A DNA stretch of 64,000 nucleotides from Acidimicrobiia bacterium (lineage in GTDB: Bacteria; Actinomycetota; Acidimicrobiia; Spongiisociales; ZC4RG35), in the NCBI GenBank assembly GCA_965204615.1, contig OZ242000.1, positions 214,956 to 278,955 of the forward strand, written 5' to 3'. A program made the position numbers and the translations under genes. Of the stretch, positions 1 through 10,010 are shown piece after piece (position 1 is the first letter of the stretch; every line of letters starts with the position of its first letter). The notes beneath the pieces are model-generated. The model was given only the letters and a program-made list of their open reading frames with translations, was not told the origin of the DNA and did not search any database.

Positions 1-164
1 GTCTTGACATGGGATTGGCCCACCTGCGGCCGAGCGGGTGGACATACTCACAGTCGAGCCCGCACCGCCATCCGGGCCGTGGCCGGTTGGGGGAAGAGTA
101 TTCCGGCCACGGGGGATGTAATCTCCGGGGAGTTCATGTGACGGCGGAATACGGAGGCCCCCTG

Positions 165-935
165 ATGTCAATAGTCGAATACTCGGTGGAAGGTGCGGTG
201 GCGGTGGTGCGGCTCAACCGCCCTCCGGTGAATGCGCTCTCTTCTGAGTTGGGCGCCGAACTGAACAAGGCCTTCGGGAGAGCGGAGGACGCGGCCGTGC
301 GGGCTGTGGTCCTCACCGGCCAACCCCACTTCGCGGCCGGAGCGGACATCAAGGGATTTCAGGCCGCCTATGACTCCGGGGTGATGACCGATGACGTCGC
401 ATCCGAACTGGTGGACGCCATCTGGCGGTTGGAGGCCTTGGCCAAGCCGACCATCGCCGCCATCTTCGGGTACGCCCTGGGAGGTGGGCTGGAGTTGTCG
501 ATGGGGTGTGACTTCCGCTACCTGGCCGAAGACGCCCAGGTGGGACAGCCCGAGGTGAAGCTCGGGATCATGCCCGGGGCAGGTGGAACGCAGCGGCTGG
601 CAAGGATTGTCGGGTTCCAGAAGGCCAAGGAGATAGTGTTCTCCGGCCGGTTCGTCTCGGCCGTCGAGGCGCTGGACTTGGGGTTGGCGGACAAGGTGTT
701 TCCGGCCGATGAGTTGCTGGAACGGACCATGGAGGACGCACAGCGCTGGGCGACCGGGCCCACGGTGGCGCTGGGCACATCCAAGCGAGCCCTGATCGGG
801 GGACTCGGACTCCCGCTGCGGGAGGCGATGGAAGTCGAACGCCGGGCCTTCCTGGACTGTTTCTGGAGCGACGACGCCCAAGAGGGGGTGTCGGCGTTCG
901 TCGAGAAGCGCCGGGCAACTTTCGAGGGAAGCTAG
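165..935 (+). CDS. Enoyl-CoA hydratase/isomerase (crotonase) family protein
   Basis: LNRPPVNAL, FAAGADI, GYALGGGLEL and PEVKLGIMPGAGGTQRL motifs; start moved to ATG 165, after GGAGG. Confidence 0.92.
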   Translation: MSIVEYSVEGAVAVVRLNRPPVNALSSELGAELNKAFGRAEDAAVRAVVLTGQPHFAAGADIKGFQAAYDSGVMTDDVASELVDAIWRLEALAKPTIAAIFGYALGGGLELSMGCDFRYLAEDAQVGQPEVKLGIMPGAGGTQRLARIVGFQKAKEIVFSGRFVSAVEALDLGLADKVFPADELLERTMEDAQRWATGPTVALGTSKRALIGGLGLPLREAMEVERRAFLDCFWSDDAQEGVSAFVEKRRATFEGS

Positions 936-1390
936 CCGCCCTTCTGGCGTTCCCAGTCTTCTTCAACCCGCTGCCGGAAGCGGGTCAGGTTGGCTCGGAA
1001 GATCCTACGAAGTATCGGTCGGGACGACCACTCGGCCAGTGCCCCTCCCAGGTACCAGGGGAACTTGAGGTGCTCGGTCCAGGCCAGTTCGCAGAGTGGC
1101 GGATGATCGGTTAGTTCGAAACGTCCCCAGCCGCCGATCCGCCCTACATGCCTGACTCCCATGCGCCTGCCCTCCACCCACTCGTCGATCTCCATCAGAT
1201 CGGTGATTTGCAGGAACCCCACCCGGGTCGGCACCTGCATCCGCACACCCACCCCGCGGCGTTTTTCGGTCAGAAAGGAGATGGCGGCCGCATCGCTCAT
1301 CCACTCCGAGTGAGAGGAGAGATCCGATAGCCGCGCCCAGACGAAATCGAGGGGTGCTTCGATTTCCACAGTCACCGTGATGGTCCCCAC
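932..1390 (-). CDS. SRPBCC/polyketide cyclase-like protein
   Basis: VEIEAPLDFVWARLSDLSSHSEWM N-terminal signature; C-terminal helix ANLTRFRQRVE. Confidence 0.8.
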   Translation of the reverse strand: MGTITVTVEIEAPLDFVWARLSDLSSHSEWMSDAAAISFLTEKRRGVGVRMQVPTRVGFLQITDLMEIDEWVEGRRMGVRHVGRIGGWGRFELTDHPPLCELAWTEHLKFPWYLGGALAEWSSRPILRRIFRANLTRFRQRVEEDWERQKGG

Positions 1391-1495
1391 AGAGAGCCAA
1401 TCCTAACCCAGGCCCCCGGCGGCGAGATAGCCGGCCCCGATGGCGCCCGAATCCGGTATCCACCAGGGATTTCGGCAGGTTCCGGTGGGGCGGAT

Positions 1496-2899
1496 ATGCT
1501 GAATTTCCCCATGGTGCCCTCCCGTCCCTCCTTTCCTCTGGTGTCCCTCCTGGAGAGGATCAGGGCGCGGGTGGCCACCTATCGCCACGGGTGGTTCAAG
1601 GCCCTGGTGTGGTTCCTGTTCGGCGCCATGACCATAGTCCTCTTTCCCGGTTTCCTGGCCATCTGGTTCTGGCGTCTCTCTCCCCGGCCGCCTCCCACGC
1701 GAGGGCGACGGGTGTCGATGCTGGTGCTGGCGGTGCTTGCCGGGCTATTTCAAGTGCTGTGGCTGAACGTGTTGATAATCGATCCTCTGGCCGGACTCGG
1801 GGAGGCTCAGGACCTACCCCTGGAGACCGTCGAAGTCGAACCGGCAACAACCATCGCCAGCCCTGAAGGTGAAGTTGAGATCGAGAGTGGAGGCGCCGGC
1901 CCTCCCACCACCTCCCAGGCGCCGTTCCCGGACACCACCACCGGACCGGAGAGCGCCGCCACAACCCTTCCGCAGTCGGATACGACCACATCCACCGCCG
2001 CTCCCTCACCCGGGCCCACCACCACATCCGCGGTCTCCGATGCGTCCTCTCCCTCCCGGACCACCGCTCCGTCTGCTGCCACGACCACCGTCTCCGTGGC
2101 GCCGACCACCACCCCGTCGGCGAATCAGACGGCCGCTGCGGTAGCGACGCTGGCCTCTCTGGCCGCAGCGGCGGAGGCAGACGGGGGAGTGGCGTACGAT
2201 CGGGACCTGTACGGAGGCTGGACTCTGGTCAGGTCGGGATGCAACACCCGCTGCGCGGTGCTGGAAGACGAGAGGCGGGCCGACGGGACCTGGCTCTCCT
2301 GGTATGACGGGATGGTGACCTCTGAGGCGTCGCAGTTGGACATCGATCACATGGTTCCCCTGGCGGAGGCGCACACCTCGGGCGCATGGCAGTGGAGTTC
2401 ATCCCGCAAGAGGAGCTATGCCAACGATTTGGTTCATCCCCAGGCACTGGCGGCGGTCAGCGCTTCCTCCAACCGTTCGAAAGGGTCCCGCGATCCATCC
2501 GAGTGGAGGCCTCCGGACGGGTCCGCCTGGTGCAGATACGCAACGGACTGGGTGACGGTGAAGACGGCCTGGGGTCTGACCGCCGATCGGGCCGAGATAC
2601 GCGCTCTCCAGGAGATGCTGGACACCTGCGACACGGGTGTGACCCTCACCACCGTCCCCGTCCCGGATACGACTACCACCACGGTCGTCACCACCACAGC
2701 CGCCGTCTCCTCTTCCGGTCAGGCCTGCCCCTACACCTCGGCGGCGGGTGATCCGTGCGCGGAGATGCCGGAGTTGGGCAATCGGAGCAATGATGTCAAC
2801 TGCGGAGACATCCCCAGTCGGTTCAAGCCGCTGACCGTTGTGGGCCAGGACCATGACCGGCTGGACGGGAACAACGACGGTTTGGCCTGCACCGGTTGA
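1496..2899 (+). CDS. Membrane-anchored HNH nuclease (DUF1524-like) with Thr/Ser/Pro linkers and a C-terminal Excalibur-like Ca-binding motif
   Basis: Two N-terminal TM segments; YDRDLY, LDIDHMVPLAEA, SNRSKGSRDPSEWRP, CRYATDWVTVK; C-terminal RLDGNNDGLAC; start uncertain. Confidence 0.85.
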   Translation: MLNFPMVPSRPSFPLVSLLERIRARVATYRHGWFKALVWFLFGAMTIVLFPGFLAIWFWRLSPRPPPTRGRRVSMLVLAVLAGLFQVLWLNVLIIDPLAGLGEAQDLPLETVEVEPATTIASPEGEVEIESGGAGPPTTSQAPFPDTTTGPESAATTLPQSDTTTSTAAPSPGPTTTSAVSDASSPSRTTAPSAATTTVSVAPTTTPSANQTAAAVATLASLAAAAEADGGVAYDRDLYGGWTLVRSGCNTRCAVLEDERRADGTWLSWYDGMVTSEASQLDIDHMVPLAEAHTSGAWQWSSSRKRSYANDLVHPQALAAVSASSNRSKGSRDPSEWRPPDGSAWCRYATDWVTVKTAWGLTADRAEIRALQEMLDTCDTGVTLTTVPVPDTTTTTVVTTTAAVSSSGQACPYTSAAGDPCAEMPELGNRSNDVNCGDIPSRFKPLTVVGQDHDRLDGNNDGLACTG

Positions 2900-2945
2900 T
2901 TCTGTTGAGGAATGGGCCGGAGGGCTGGTATGCTCAATGTCGCCC

Positions 2946-3017
2946 TCGGGGGTGGTGTAATAGGTAACACGACAGGTTCTGGCCCTGTTATTGAGGGTTC
3001 GAGTCCTTCCCCCCGAG
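2946..3017 (+). tRNA. tRNA-Gln(CTG)
   Basis: Acceptor TCGGGGG/CCCCCGA; anticodon arm ACAGG-TTCTGGC-CCTGT; GGTTCGAGTCC T-arm. Confidence 0.95.
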
Positions 3018-3044
3018 CCGGGCCGGCTAAGATCCGGCCCTGTT

Positions 3045-3120
3045 GGCCCCGTCGTCTAGTGGCCTAGGACGCCGGCCTCTCAAGCCGGTAACGCCGGTTC
3101 GAATCCGGTCGGGGCTGCCA
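3045..3120 (+). tRNA. tRNA-Glu(CTC)
   Basis: Anticodon arm CCGGC-CTCTCAA-GCCGG; GGTTCGAATCC; encoded CCA. Confidence 0.95.
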
Positions 3121-3293
3121 CCGGTTGACAAGTTGTGTGACATCCGGGCGTTGCATGCCTAATTGCCTGGGTCCGAGAGGCGCCCCGCAGGCGCCGCCCG
3201 TGGTGCGGTCGCGAAAGAAACCCCAATCCCAACGGTAATGGATTATTCTTGTCGGATATAGACTTTTCTCATGTAACTGGAAAAGAGGTTCTC

Positions 3294-3521
3294 ATGCTGG
3301 ATAATTCCAATTCCGAGGGTGCGGCTTACCCTCCCGTGATAGACACCGCTCAGGTGGCTGAACTGCTACGTATGAATGTGCAGATGGTCCGCAAGTATGT
3401 GCGGGAAGGCCGGCTTCCCGCCTACCAGCTGCCCGGGTCACGGGTCTATCGCTTCATCTATTCCGAAGTGATCGACTACATCAAGTCCCATCCGGTTCGG
3501 CCCGGAGCGGTTCAAAAGTAG
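3294..3521 (+). CDS. Small excisionase/MerR-like HTH DNA-binding protein (HTH_17, BldC-like)
   Basis: DTAQVAELLRMNVQMVRKYVREGRLPAYQLPGSRVYRF pattern. Confidence 0.85.
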   Translation: MLDNSNSEGAAYPPVIDTAQVAELLRMNVQMVRKYVREGRLPAYQLPGSRVYRFIYSEVIDYIKSHPVRPGAVQK

Positions 3522-4131
3522 AAGGCTCTGCGGCCGCCGCCTGCCGGGTCCGTTCCCGCGGGATGAGCGGACGGGTCACGATCGCGATCTCCTCGAAGGG
3601 AAGGTAGGAGTCATACCCCGCCGATTCGACCAGCCACAGGTGGTCGACGGCAACCACTCTGATCCTTCCCTCCAGGGAGACACCCAGGGATGGAGCATGG
3701 ACCTCCACCACCTCCTGGGTCAGTTCCATCTGGACAAGCCTGGCCCTCCATGTGGGAGGCATCCCTCCCGCCTGGGAGCCGCCTGACCGGCGTTTGGTAA
3801 CCCGGAGGGCCACCCGACCCAGACGGGCATCGGCGCAGAGGCGCTCGGTCGCGATGGTGACATAGTCCGCTCCTCCCGCCGTCACCTGTCCGGAGAGTTG
3901 GAGTTCCCCGGCCCGCACGGTCAGGCGGTCTCCACGATGGAGCAGCATCTTGGTCACGTCCCGCAACGTGCGGCGGCGGAGGCGTTCCTGGTGGGTCTCG
4001 AACTCGGTGGCTTCGAACTCGGCGCGCCAGTCCTGTCCCACCCCCTGGCGCAGGTAACGGGCGAGGTCCGATAGACCCTCGGGGGCCGAGGATGGGTCAT
4101 GATCGGACGAACCGGTGGAAAAAAATCTCAT
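3481..4131 (-). CDS. Hypothetical protein, divergent from the tad operon
   Basis: 3' part of ORF 3481..4962 from MRFFST; natural composition; two similar beta-rich halves (GQVTAGGADYVTI / GRIRVVAVDHLWL). Confidence 0.65.
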   Translation of the reverse strand: MRFFSTGSSDHDPSSAPEGLSDLARYLRQGVGQDWRAEFEATEFETHQERLRRRTLRDVTKMLLHRGDRLTVRAGELQLSGQVTAGGADYVTIATERLCADARLGRVALRVTKRRSGGSQAGGMPPTWRARLVQMELTQEVVEVHAPSLGVSLEGRIRVVAVDHLWLVESAGYDSYLPFEEIAIVTRPLIPRERTRQAAAAEPSTFEPLRAEPDGT

Positions 4132-4245
4132 GTTGGGAAAACCCTCCTCCCTGAGTAGCTGTGGGACCTCCCCACCGACATTTATAGTCGGTTCCCGTAC
4201 GTAAATCTTCGGGCGCCGATCGGGGTGATCGGCTCGTGAGGGGAC

Positions 4246-5055
4246 ATGACTTCTTTTACATCCTCGGACAGAAACGACTCCGGACCCGGCGGCGTTCATA
4301 GCCGGCGCAGATGGTTTGCGGCGGTCTCCGGTGCACACTTGCTGATCGTGGCAACCGGGTTGTTGGCGCTGGTCGCCAACCTGGTGCTCCTGCGCCGAGG
4401 GGAGGAGCCTCTGACCCAGGTGGCGGTGAGCGCGGTCGATCTGGCCCCGGGCAGGACCCTCCAGGAGGGGGACACGCAGTTGACCCCCATCGACGTCTCC
4501 GAATCGGTGGCTTCCCGCCTGATCTCTGATGCAGAACTGAACGACTACCGGGGATGGGTGATCATCGGACAGACCTCGGCGGGGTCTCTCCTCACCAAGG
4601 AGAATCTGCGGTCGCCGCTTGCCACCGTGCGGTTTCGGGCGATGAGCTTTCCGGTGGATGCCGACCATGCAGTGGGAGGAGACCTGATCCCCGGCGACTT
4701 GGTGGACGTGATCAGGGTCGACACCGAACAGGCCTCCTTCGTGGCCACCGAGGTGGAGGTGCTGGCGGTCTCGACGCAGTCGGAGGGAGCTCTGGGTCTG
4801 TCCGGGGGCGGTTTCCACCTGATTCTGCAGGTGGATGACAGGACCGCTCTCGCCTTGGCGCTGGCGCTCGCCAATGCGGATGTGGAGGTGCTGCGCTCCA
4901 CCGGGTCCGCTCCGGTGGAGGTTCGGGTTCTCCAAGACGCCGCGTCCGCTCTGGACTCCCACCCGTCGAATCCCGGCGGGTTCGCCGACCCTGGTCTCGA
5001 GCCATTCCCGGAACCGGATGGCCGTGATCAGGCTGGGGAGGAACCGTTGCGGTGA
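4246..5055 (+). CDS. cpaB: Flp pilus assembly protein CpaB/RcpC (SAF domain)
   Basis: N-terminal TM; SAF motif VAVSAVDLAPGRTL; AVGGDLIPGDLVDVI; first gene of the tad operon. Confidence 0.85.
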   Translation: MTSFTSSDRNDSGPGGVHSRRRWFAAVSGAHLLIVATGLLALVANLVLLRRGEEPLTQVAVSAVDLAPGRTLQEGDTQLTPIDVSESVASRLISDAELNDYRGWVIIGQTSAGSLLTKENLRSPLATVRFRAMSFPVDADHAVGGDLIPGDLVDVIRVDTEQASFVATEVEVLAVSTQSEGALGLSGGGFHLILQVDDRTALALALALANADVEVLRSTGSAPVEVRVLQDAASALDSHPSNPGGFADPGLEPFPEPDGRDQAGEEPLR

Positions 5056-6236
5056 GGGACATCGAACTGGCCCTGGCGGTCTCCACCCGCCGTTGGTCCG
5101 ATCACCTGCACCGTTTCCTGGTGGACCATGGGGGAGCGAGAGTCCGGCTGTACGTGATGCAGCCCGGCGACGCCTTCTCGGAGCGGTTCGACGTCCTCCT
5201 CATAGATGACATCTGCTCGTTTCTCTCACCCCACCTGGTGAAGAAACTGAACCGGTCGGGCCGCCGGGTGGTGGGCGTCTACGACCCGGCGGAGTTTTCC
5301 GATGGCAAGGACAGGCTTCTGGCCTGCGAGGTCACCGAGGTGATCGAAGCCGACGCAGGCCCGGAGGAATTCCTGGCGCTGGTCGAGCGGATGGAGATTG
5401 CGCTGCGGCCGGACGACGACCCGACTCCCGACGACCCCACCGGCGGAACGGTCTCCCTTCAACCTGCCGACCGCCCTCCGCTGATCGCGGTTGGGTCTCC
5501 GCCCGGCGGCTGCGGCGCCACCGAAGTGGCCATCGCCCTGGCTCGGCGGTTGGCGGAGCGTCGTGAATCGGTGGCCCTGCTGGATGTCGACGAGCGAGCT
5601 CCTTCGATGGCACAACGCCTCGGGTTGGCTCTCCATCCGAACCTCCTGACCGCCATCGACGCGGTGCACCACGACAGCGAGAGCCTTGAAGCCTGCTGGC
5701 ACGGCGTCAGGGGATCCACCGTCCGGGTACTGCCCGGAGTTCCCACATCTGCGGATCGGGTGGAGCTTCGCAGGGGCGAGGTTGCCGAACTCCTGTTGGA
5801 GACCACCCGGATGTCCGACGTTACCGTGGTCAACTTCGGGTTCTGGGAGAACGGCCGGGGAGACCCCCAAATATGGGAGAGCGCCGGAAACGTATCCGAC
5901 GCGGTGGTGACCATCGCCACCCTCCTGGTGGGGGTGGCGCTTCCCAACCCGGTGGGCATAACGCGGATGATCGAATGGATCGGCCAACTCCGGGTAAGAC
6001 AGCCCAGCCTGGAGGCCTTCCTGGTGATCAACCGCACGCCCGCTTCGCTCACCCAGAGAAGGGCCGTCTTCGACGAGTTGTCAAAGGCGGTCTCCCAGGT
6101 CAGGATCGGTTTTCTACCTGAAGACACACGGGTGGCCGAGGCGGCCTGGAACGGGGTGCTGGTGGACAGGGGAAAGTTCCGCCGCGGCTGTGACCGGTTG
6201 GCGGACCAGGTACTGGGACAGATCGGGCTTGACTGA
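5052..6236 (+). CDS. CpaE/TadZ-like pilus assembly P-loop protein with an N-terminal receiver-like domain
   Basis: Deviant Walker A GSPPGGCGATE; VALLDVD; LVINR; lies between cpaB and tadA. Confidence 0.8.
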   Translation: MRDIELALAVSTRRWSDHLHRFLVDHGGARVRLYVMQPGDAFSERFDVLLIDDICSFLSPHLVKKLNRSGRRVVGVYDPAEFSDGKDRLLACEVTEVIEADAGPEEFLALVERMEIALRPDDDPTPDDPTGGTVSLQPADRPPLIAVGSPPGGCGATEVAIALARRLAERRESVALLDVDERAPSMAQRLGLALHPNLLTAIDAVHHDSESLEACWHGVRGSTVRVLPGVPTSADRVELRRGEVAELLLETTRMSDVTVVNFGFWENGRGDPQIWESAGNVSDAVVTIATLLVGVALPNPVGITRMIEWIGQLRVRQPSLEAFLVINRTPASLTQRRAVFDELSKAVSQVRIGFLPEDTRVAEAAWNGVLVDRGKFRRGCDRLADQVLGQIGLD

Positions 6237-7515
6237 GGGAAGGGCCGCCGGCCACGCCTATGCGGACATCCGCCGCAGTTCCCTGAACCTCATCGAAGAA
6301 CGCAACCTCGACCCCGAGGCGGACCGGGGTGGCGCCCGCAGGCTGGTCGAACAAGCCGTCAAGGAATACTCCCGCCGCACCCAGGTGGGGAGGGGCCGCG
6401 CGCTCCGGGACCCCGCGGACATGATCGAGCGGGTGCTGCGCTCGATCGCCGACTACGGTCCCCTGACCGAGTTGCTGTCCCGTCACGACGTGGAGGAGGT
6501 CTTCATCGAGGGGCCCAGAGTCACGTTCATCGATGGGGCGGGACGCCTGCAGGGCTTGAAGGAGCCGACCACGGTGGAGGAGAACCGGCAGGTGGTGGAC
6601 AGGCTGCTGGCCGGCAGCGATCGTCGGCTGGACGTCTCCCAACCCATCGTCCAGGCTCGGGTGATGGGGGACTCGGCCCGGCTGACGGCTGTCATCCCGC
6701 CCATCTCGGATCAGCTATCGGTCACCCTGCGGCGGTACGCGCTCCGGAGGCAGAGCCTGGATTCCCTGGTGGAACTGGGATCGATGACCCCGGCGGCCGC
6801 CCGCTTTCTGGCCGCCGCAATGCAGACCGAATGCGGGGTGGTCGTCTCCGGTCCGCCGGGAGCGGGCAAGACCTCCCTGCTCAGCGCCCTCTTGGATTCC
6901 TGCCCGCCCACCCGCTGCATCCGCTGCTGCGAAGAGGTGCGGGAACTTCACATCCCGCTCGTTCACGGGTCCTTCTATGAGGCTCGGCCGCCGGGTCTCG
7001 ATGGAAAGGGAGAGATCAGCCTGCGGGTGCTGGTGAAGGCGGTGCTGGCCATGCGTCCCGACCTGATCGTGGTAGGGGAGGTGAGGGGCGCCGAGGCATT
7101 CGAGTTGACCCGGGCCGCCAACGCCGGGTGCGGGTTTGCCTGCACTGTCCATGCCAACTCGGCCGCTGACGCGCTCAATGCGTTGGTGAGCGCGGCGCTG
7201 ATGGCGGGGGAGAATGTCTCGGAGCGGGTGGTGCAACGGGTCTTTGCCTCCGCCATCGACCTGGTGGTGCACGTGGACCGGGAGGCGTTGGGGGCGGACC
7301 GGGGCGGACCGATGCGCCAGGTGCGGGAGATCATCTCGGTGATGCCCGGGCGTCAGGAGTCCTTTTCCACCAGCCCCCTGTTCTCCCGCTCCCGCCTGGG
7401 AGAACCCATGAACTGGGTGGGGGACTCCCTTCCCGGGCCTCTGGTCTCGCGTATCGAACGGGCAACCGGGTTCGGGCTCGAAGCGATACTGAACGGGGAG
7501 GGACCGCAGAGGTGA
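6229..7515 (+). CDS. tadA: TadA/CpaF pilus assembly ATPase
   Basis: GPPGAGKT Walker A; RPDLIVVGEVRGAEA Walker B; TVHANSA His box; TTG start overlapping the upstream gene. Confidence 0.93.
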   Translation: MTEGRAAGHAYADIRRSSLNLIEERNLDPEADRGGARRLVEQAVKEYSRRTQVGRGRALRDPADMIERVLRSIADYGPLTELLSRHDVEEVFIEGPRVTFIDGAGRLQGLKEPTTVEENRQVVDRLLAGSDRRLDVSQPIVQARVMGDSARLTAVIPPISDQLSVTLRRYALRRQSLDSLVELGSMTPAAARFLAAAMQTECGVVVSGPPGAGKTSLLSALLDSCPPTRCIRCCEEVRELHIPLVHGSFYEARPPGLDGKGEISLRVLVKAVLAMRPDLIVVGEVRGAEAFELTRAANAGCGFACTVHANSAADALNALVSAALMAGENVSERVVQRVFASAIDLVVHVDREALGADRGGPMRQVREIISVMPGRQESFSTSPLFSRSRLGEPMNWVGDSLPGPLVSRIERATGFGLEAILNGEGPQR

Positions 7516-8399
7516 AGTGGATCGCCGCGCTCTCCAGTGGGGTCTTTTCCGCCCTCTTTCTGGCGCTGCTGATGGGGTTCCGGCCTCGTCTCCGGGTGCC
7601 CCGACCCCGGAGAAGGAGCCGAGCGCGGGAGTTGTGGCTCGCCCAGGCCGGTCTGAACATCACACCGGTGCAGTTCACCCTGGCCTCGGTGGGAGTGGGT
7701 CTTGTGGCCCTGGTGGTCCTCCTCGGGGTGTCGGGAGTGTGGGTGGTGGCCGCTCCTCCTGCGGTGGTGATCGCCCTCGGGCCCCGGCTCTATTTCGCCC
7801 GGGTGAGGACGAGGCGGCTGTCGGAAGTCAGACGAGCCTGGCCGGACGGGATCAGGGATGTGGTCGGAGGGGTGGCGTCGGGGATGTCCGTCCAGCGGGC
7901 GGTGGAGAATCTGGCCCGCTCGGGCCCCGCACCCCTCCGGGAGGCCTTCCGTCGGTTTCCGATGCTGGCTCGCACCCTGGGAGTGATGCCCGCCCTGGAT
8001 TCCATAAAGGAAAACCTGGCCGACCCCACCAGTGATCGAGTGATAGAGGTTCTCATGATCGCTCATGAGCGGGGTGGTGTCCTGATTCCCGAGATCCTCC
8101 GCGACCTGGCTGATTCCACCTCCATGGACCTGGCAGCCACCGAGGAGGAGCAAACCGAGGCACTGGAGCAGCGCATCAACGCCCGGGTGGTGTTCATGCT
8201 TCCCTGGCTGGTGCTGGTGGCGCTCACCTTCCGGCCAGGTCCCTTTCGGACTTTCTACTCCTCGCCGGCCGGAGTGGTGGTGGTGGCGATCGGAGCGGGA
8301 CTGTCACTGCTGGGCATAGCGCTCATCTCCCGGCTCTCCCGTCCCCAGGAGGAGCCGCGGGTGCTCACCGCCTCGGCCGGGGAGACCGGTCCATGGTAG
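7512..8399 (+). CDS. tadB: TadB inner-membrane platform protein (T2SSF domain)
   Basis: WPDGIRDVVGGVASGMSV; ERGG; TM pattern; operon position. Confidence 0.88.
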   Translation: MKWIAALSSGVFSALFLALLMGFRPRLRVPRPRRRSRARELWLAQAGLNITPVQFTLASVGVGLVALVVLLGVSGVWVVAAPPAVVIALGPRLYFARVRTRRLSEVRRAWPDGIRDVVGGVASGMSVQRAVENLARSGPAPLREAFRRFPMLARTLGVMPALDSIKENLADPTSDRVIEVLMIAHERGGVLIPEILRDLADSTSMDLAATEEEQTEALEQRINARVVFMLPWLVLVALTFRPGPFRTFYSSPAGVVVVAIGAGLSLLGIALISRLSRPQEEPRVLTASAGETGPW

Positions 8400-9343
8400 A
8401 CCAGCCGATGAATCTGGTGGCTGCCGCGTTCACCTCGATCACCGTGATGGGGGTGATGCTGAGGTTCTTTCCGCTACCCAGGCGCCTGAGCGTCAGGGTA
8501 CGTCCCTATGTGGGGATGGGCGGCCTGCCGGGGACCGGACCCGACCCCGGGGTGGTGTTCGGACGGACCTCGGGATCTGCTCCGGTGCGGTTGTTCGGCC
8601 CGATGATTCTGGCCGCGGCGCACCGGATCGGGAGGGTCGCCGACCGGATGGGCGAGGAGCAGTTGGTCCTTCGCCTGCGACAGGCTCGCTTCTATGCGGG
8701 CCTCGAGGACCGGGACCGGGTGGCCTCCTACCGGCTGGCGGTGTTGGGGACGACGGCGATGTTCGTGGCCATGGGGGCGGGGGTGGCGCTGTTCCTGCGC
8801 CAGCCAACCCTGGTGGTCCTCATCGCCTCCGCCGCCGGGGGTCTGACGGGGTCCCTCCGGGTTCGAGCCAGGCTGGATCGGGCGGTGGAACAGCGTCGCT
8901 CGGTGATGAGAATCGAGATCTCCACCATCAATCAGCTTCTGGCCATCCGGGTCCGGTCGGGAAGCGGGGTCATGCACGCCGTGGGGGAGATAACCGCGCG
9001 GGGCAGGGGTGAGGTGATCGGAGAATTGGGGACAGCGCTGCGCATGCACCGTTCGGGAATGAGTCCGGCCGACGCCTTCCGGCGGGTGGCCGAGATCACC
9101 CCGGAGTCCTATTGCGCCCGCACCTACAAGCTGTTGGCCTCATCGGAGGAGATGGGAGTGGATCTGGCCGCCGGACTGCGGACCCTGGCGGATGATGCCC
9201 GCCGGGCTCGCAGGGAGACCCTCCGTCGATCCGCGGTGAAGAGGCGCTCGGCGATGCTCATCCCCACCATCGCCATCCTGGCGCCGGTGATGCTGCTGTT
9301 CGTGGCCGCTCCCCTTCCTCAACTGATTCTTGGTTGGACATAG
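8393..9343 (+). CDS. tadC: TadC inner-membrane platform protein (T2SSF domain)
   Basis: SEEMGVDLAAGLRTLADDARR; C-terminal MLIPTIAILAP. Confidence 0.88.
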   Translation: MVDQPMNLVAAAFTSITVMGVMLRFFPLPRRLSVRVRPYVGMGGLPGTGPDPGVVFGRTSGSAPVRLFGPMILAAAHRIGRVADRMGEEQLVLRLRQARFYAGLEDRDRVASYRLAVLGTTAMFVAMGAGVALFLRQPTLVVLIASAAGGLTGSLRVRARLDRAVEQRRSVMRIEISTINQLLAIRVRSGSGVMHAVGEITARGRGEVIGELGTALRMHRSGMSPADAFRRVAEITPESYCARTYKLLASSEEMGVDLAAGLRTLADDARRARRETLRRSAVKRRSAMLIPTIAILAPVMLLFVAAPLPQLILGWT

Positions 9344-9372
9344 ATACAGGACAAGACAAGGAGAAAACCGAA

Positions 9373-9576
9373 ATGATGACAAAGACATTGACGGTCGTCG
9401 GAGAGAAGCTCCGAAGGATGCACCGTGGGGAGCGGGGTTTGAGCACCGCGGAATTGCTGGGAAACGCCGCGTTGGCGGTGGTTGCGCTCCTGGCCATCTG
9501 GGCTGTGCTGCAGACCCTGGGCACCGACATCGTGGGCTGGATCCGCGACCAACTCTCCGACCAACTCGAGAATTGA
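9373..9576 (+). CDS. flp: Flp/type IVb major pilin
   Basis: SD AAGGAG; class III signal ERG|LSTAE with Glu+5, followed by a hydrophobic helix; 67 aa. Confidence 0.8.
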   Translation: MMTKTLTVVGEKLRRMHRGERGLSTAELLGNAALAVVALLAIWAVLQTLGTDIVGWIRDQLSDQLEN

Positions 9577-10010
9577 ACGGAGGACTTCGGTCCGCTGGGG
9601 CAGGTGAACCCCCGACGAACGGTGCGGGAGTCGCACGGGATTCGGGTTCCTCCGATGGGTTCACGACCGTGGGCTTTGTGGTGGCGGTGGGCCTTTCGAT
9701 GCTGTTCTTCGTGCTGTTGACCAACCTGATGGCGGTTCAGTACGGACGGGGAGTGGTGAGGGCCGCCCTGGATGAGGGCGCCCGCTACGGCGCCCGCTAC
9801 ACAGCGGCCGCCGACGCCTGCGAGGACCGTATCGAAGAGGTGCTGGTCGGCTTGCTGGGAGGGGCTATGGGATCGGGGGTGTCCTATGAGTGCCGGAGGG
9901 ATTCGAGCCGGACCAGGGCCGGAGCGGAGGTGGTGTTCCCCGCCTGGCTGCCCGGAGTCCCTGAGTTCCGCTTCGAGATGGCGGCCACCGCCGCCGTCGA
10001 GCGCAAGTGA
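9573..10010 (+). CDS. TadE-like minor pilin
   Basis: DG|FTTVGFVVAVG hydrophobic helix and AALDEGARYG; start approximate. Confidence 0.75.
   Translation: MNGGLRSAGAGEPPTNGAGVARDSGSSDGFTTVGFVVAVGLSMLFFVLLTNLMAVQYGRGVVRAALDEGARYGARYTAAADACEDRIEEVLVGLLGGAMGSGVSYECRRDSSRTRAGAEVVFPAWLPGVPEFRFEMAATAAVERK

Noticed and set aside
3121-3521. Prophage or ICE at tRNA-Glu, suggested by the excisionase-like gene
   Set aside because: No integrase, att repeat or phage genes nearby
4132-4962. N-terminal extension of the 493-aa minus ORF
   Set aside because: Antisense to cpaB; only 3481-4131 looks like a real gene
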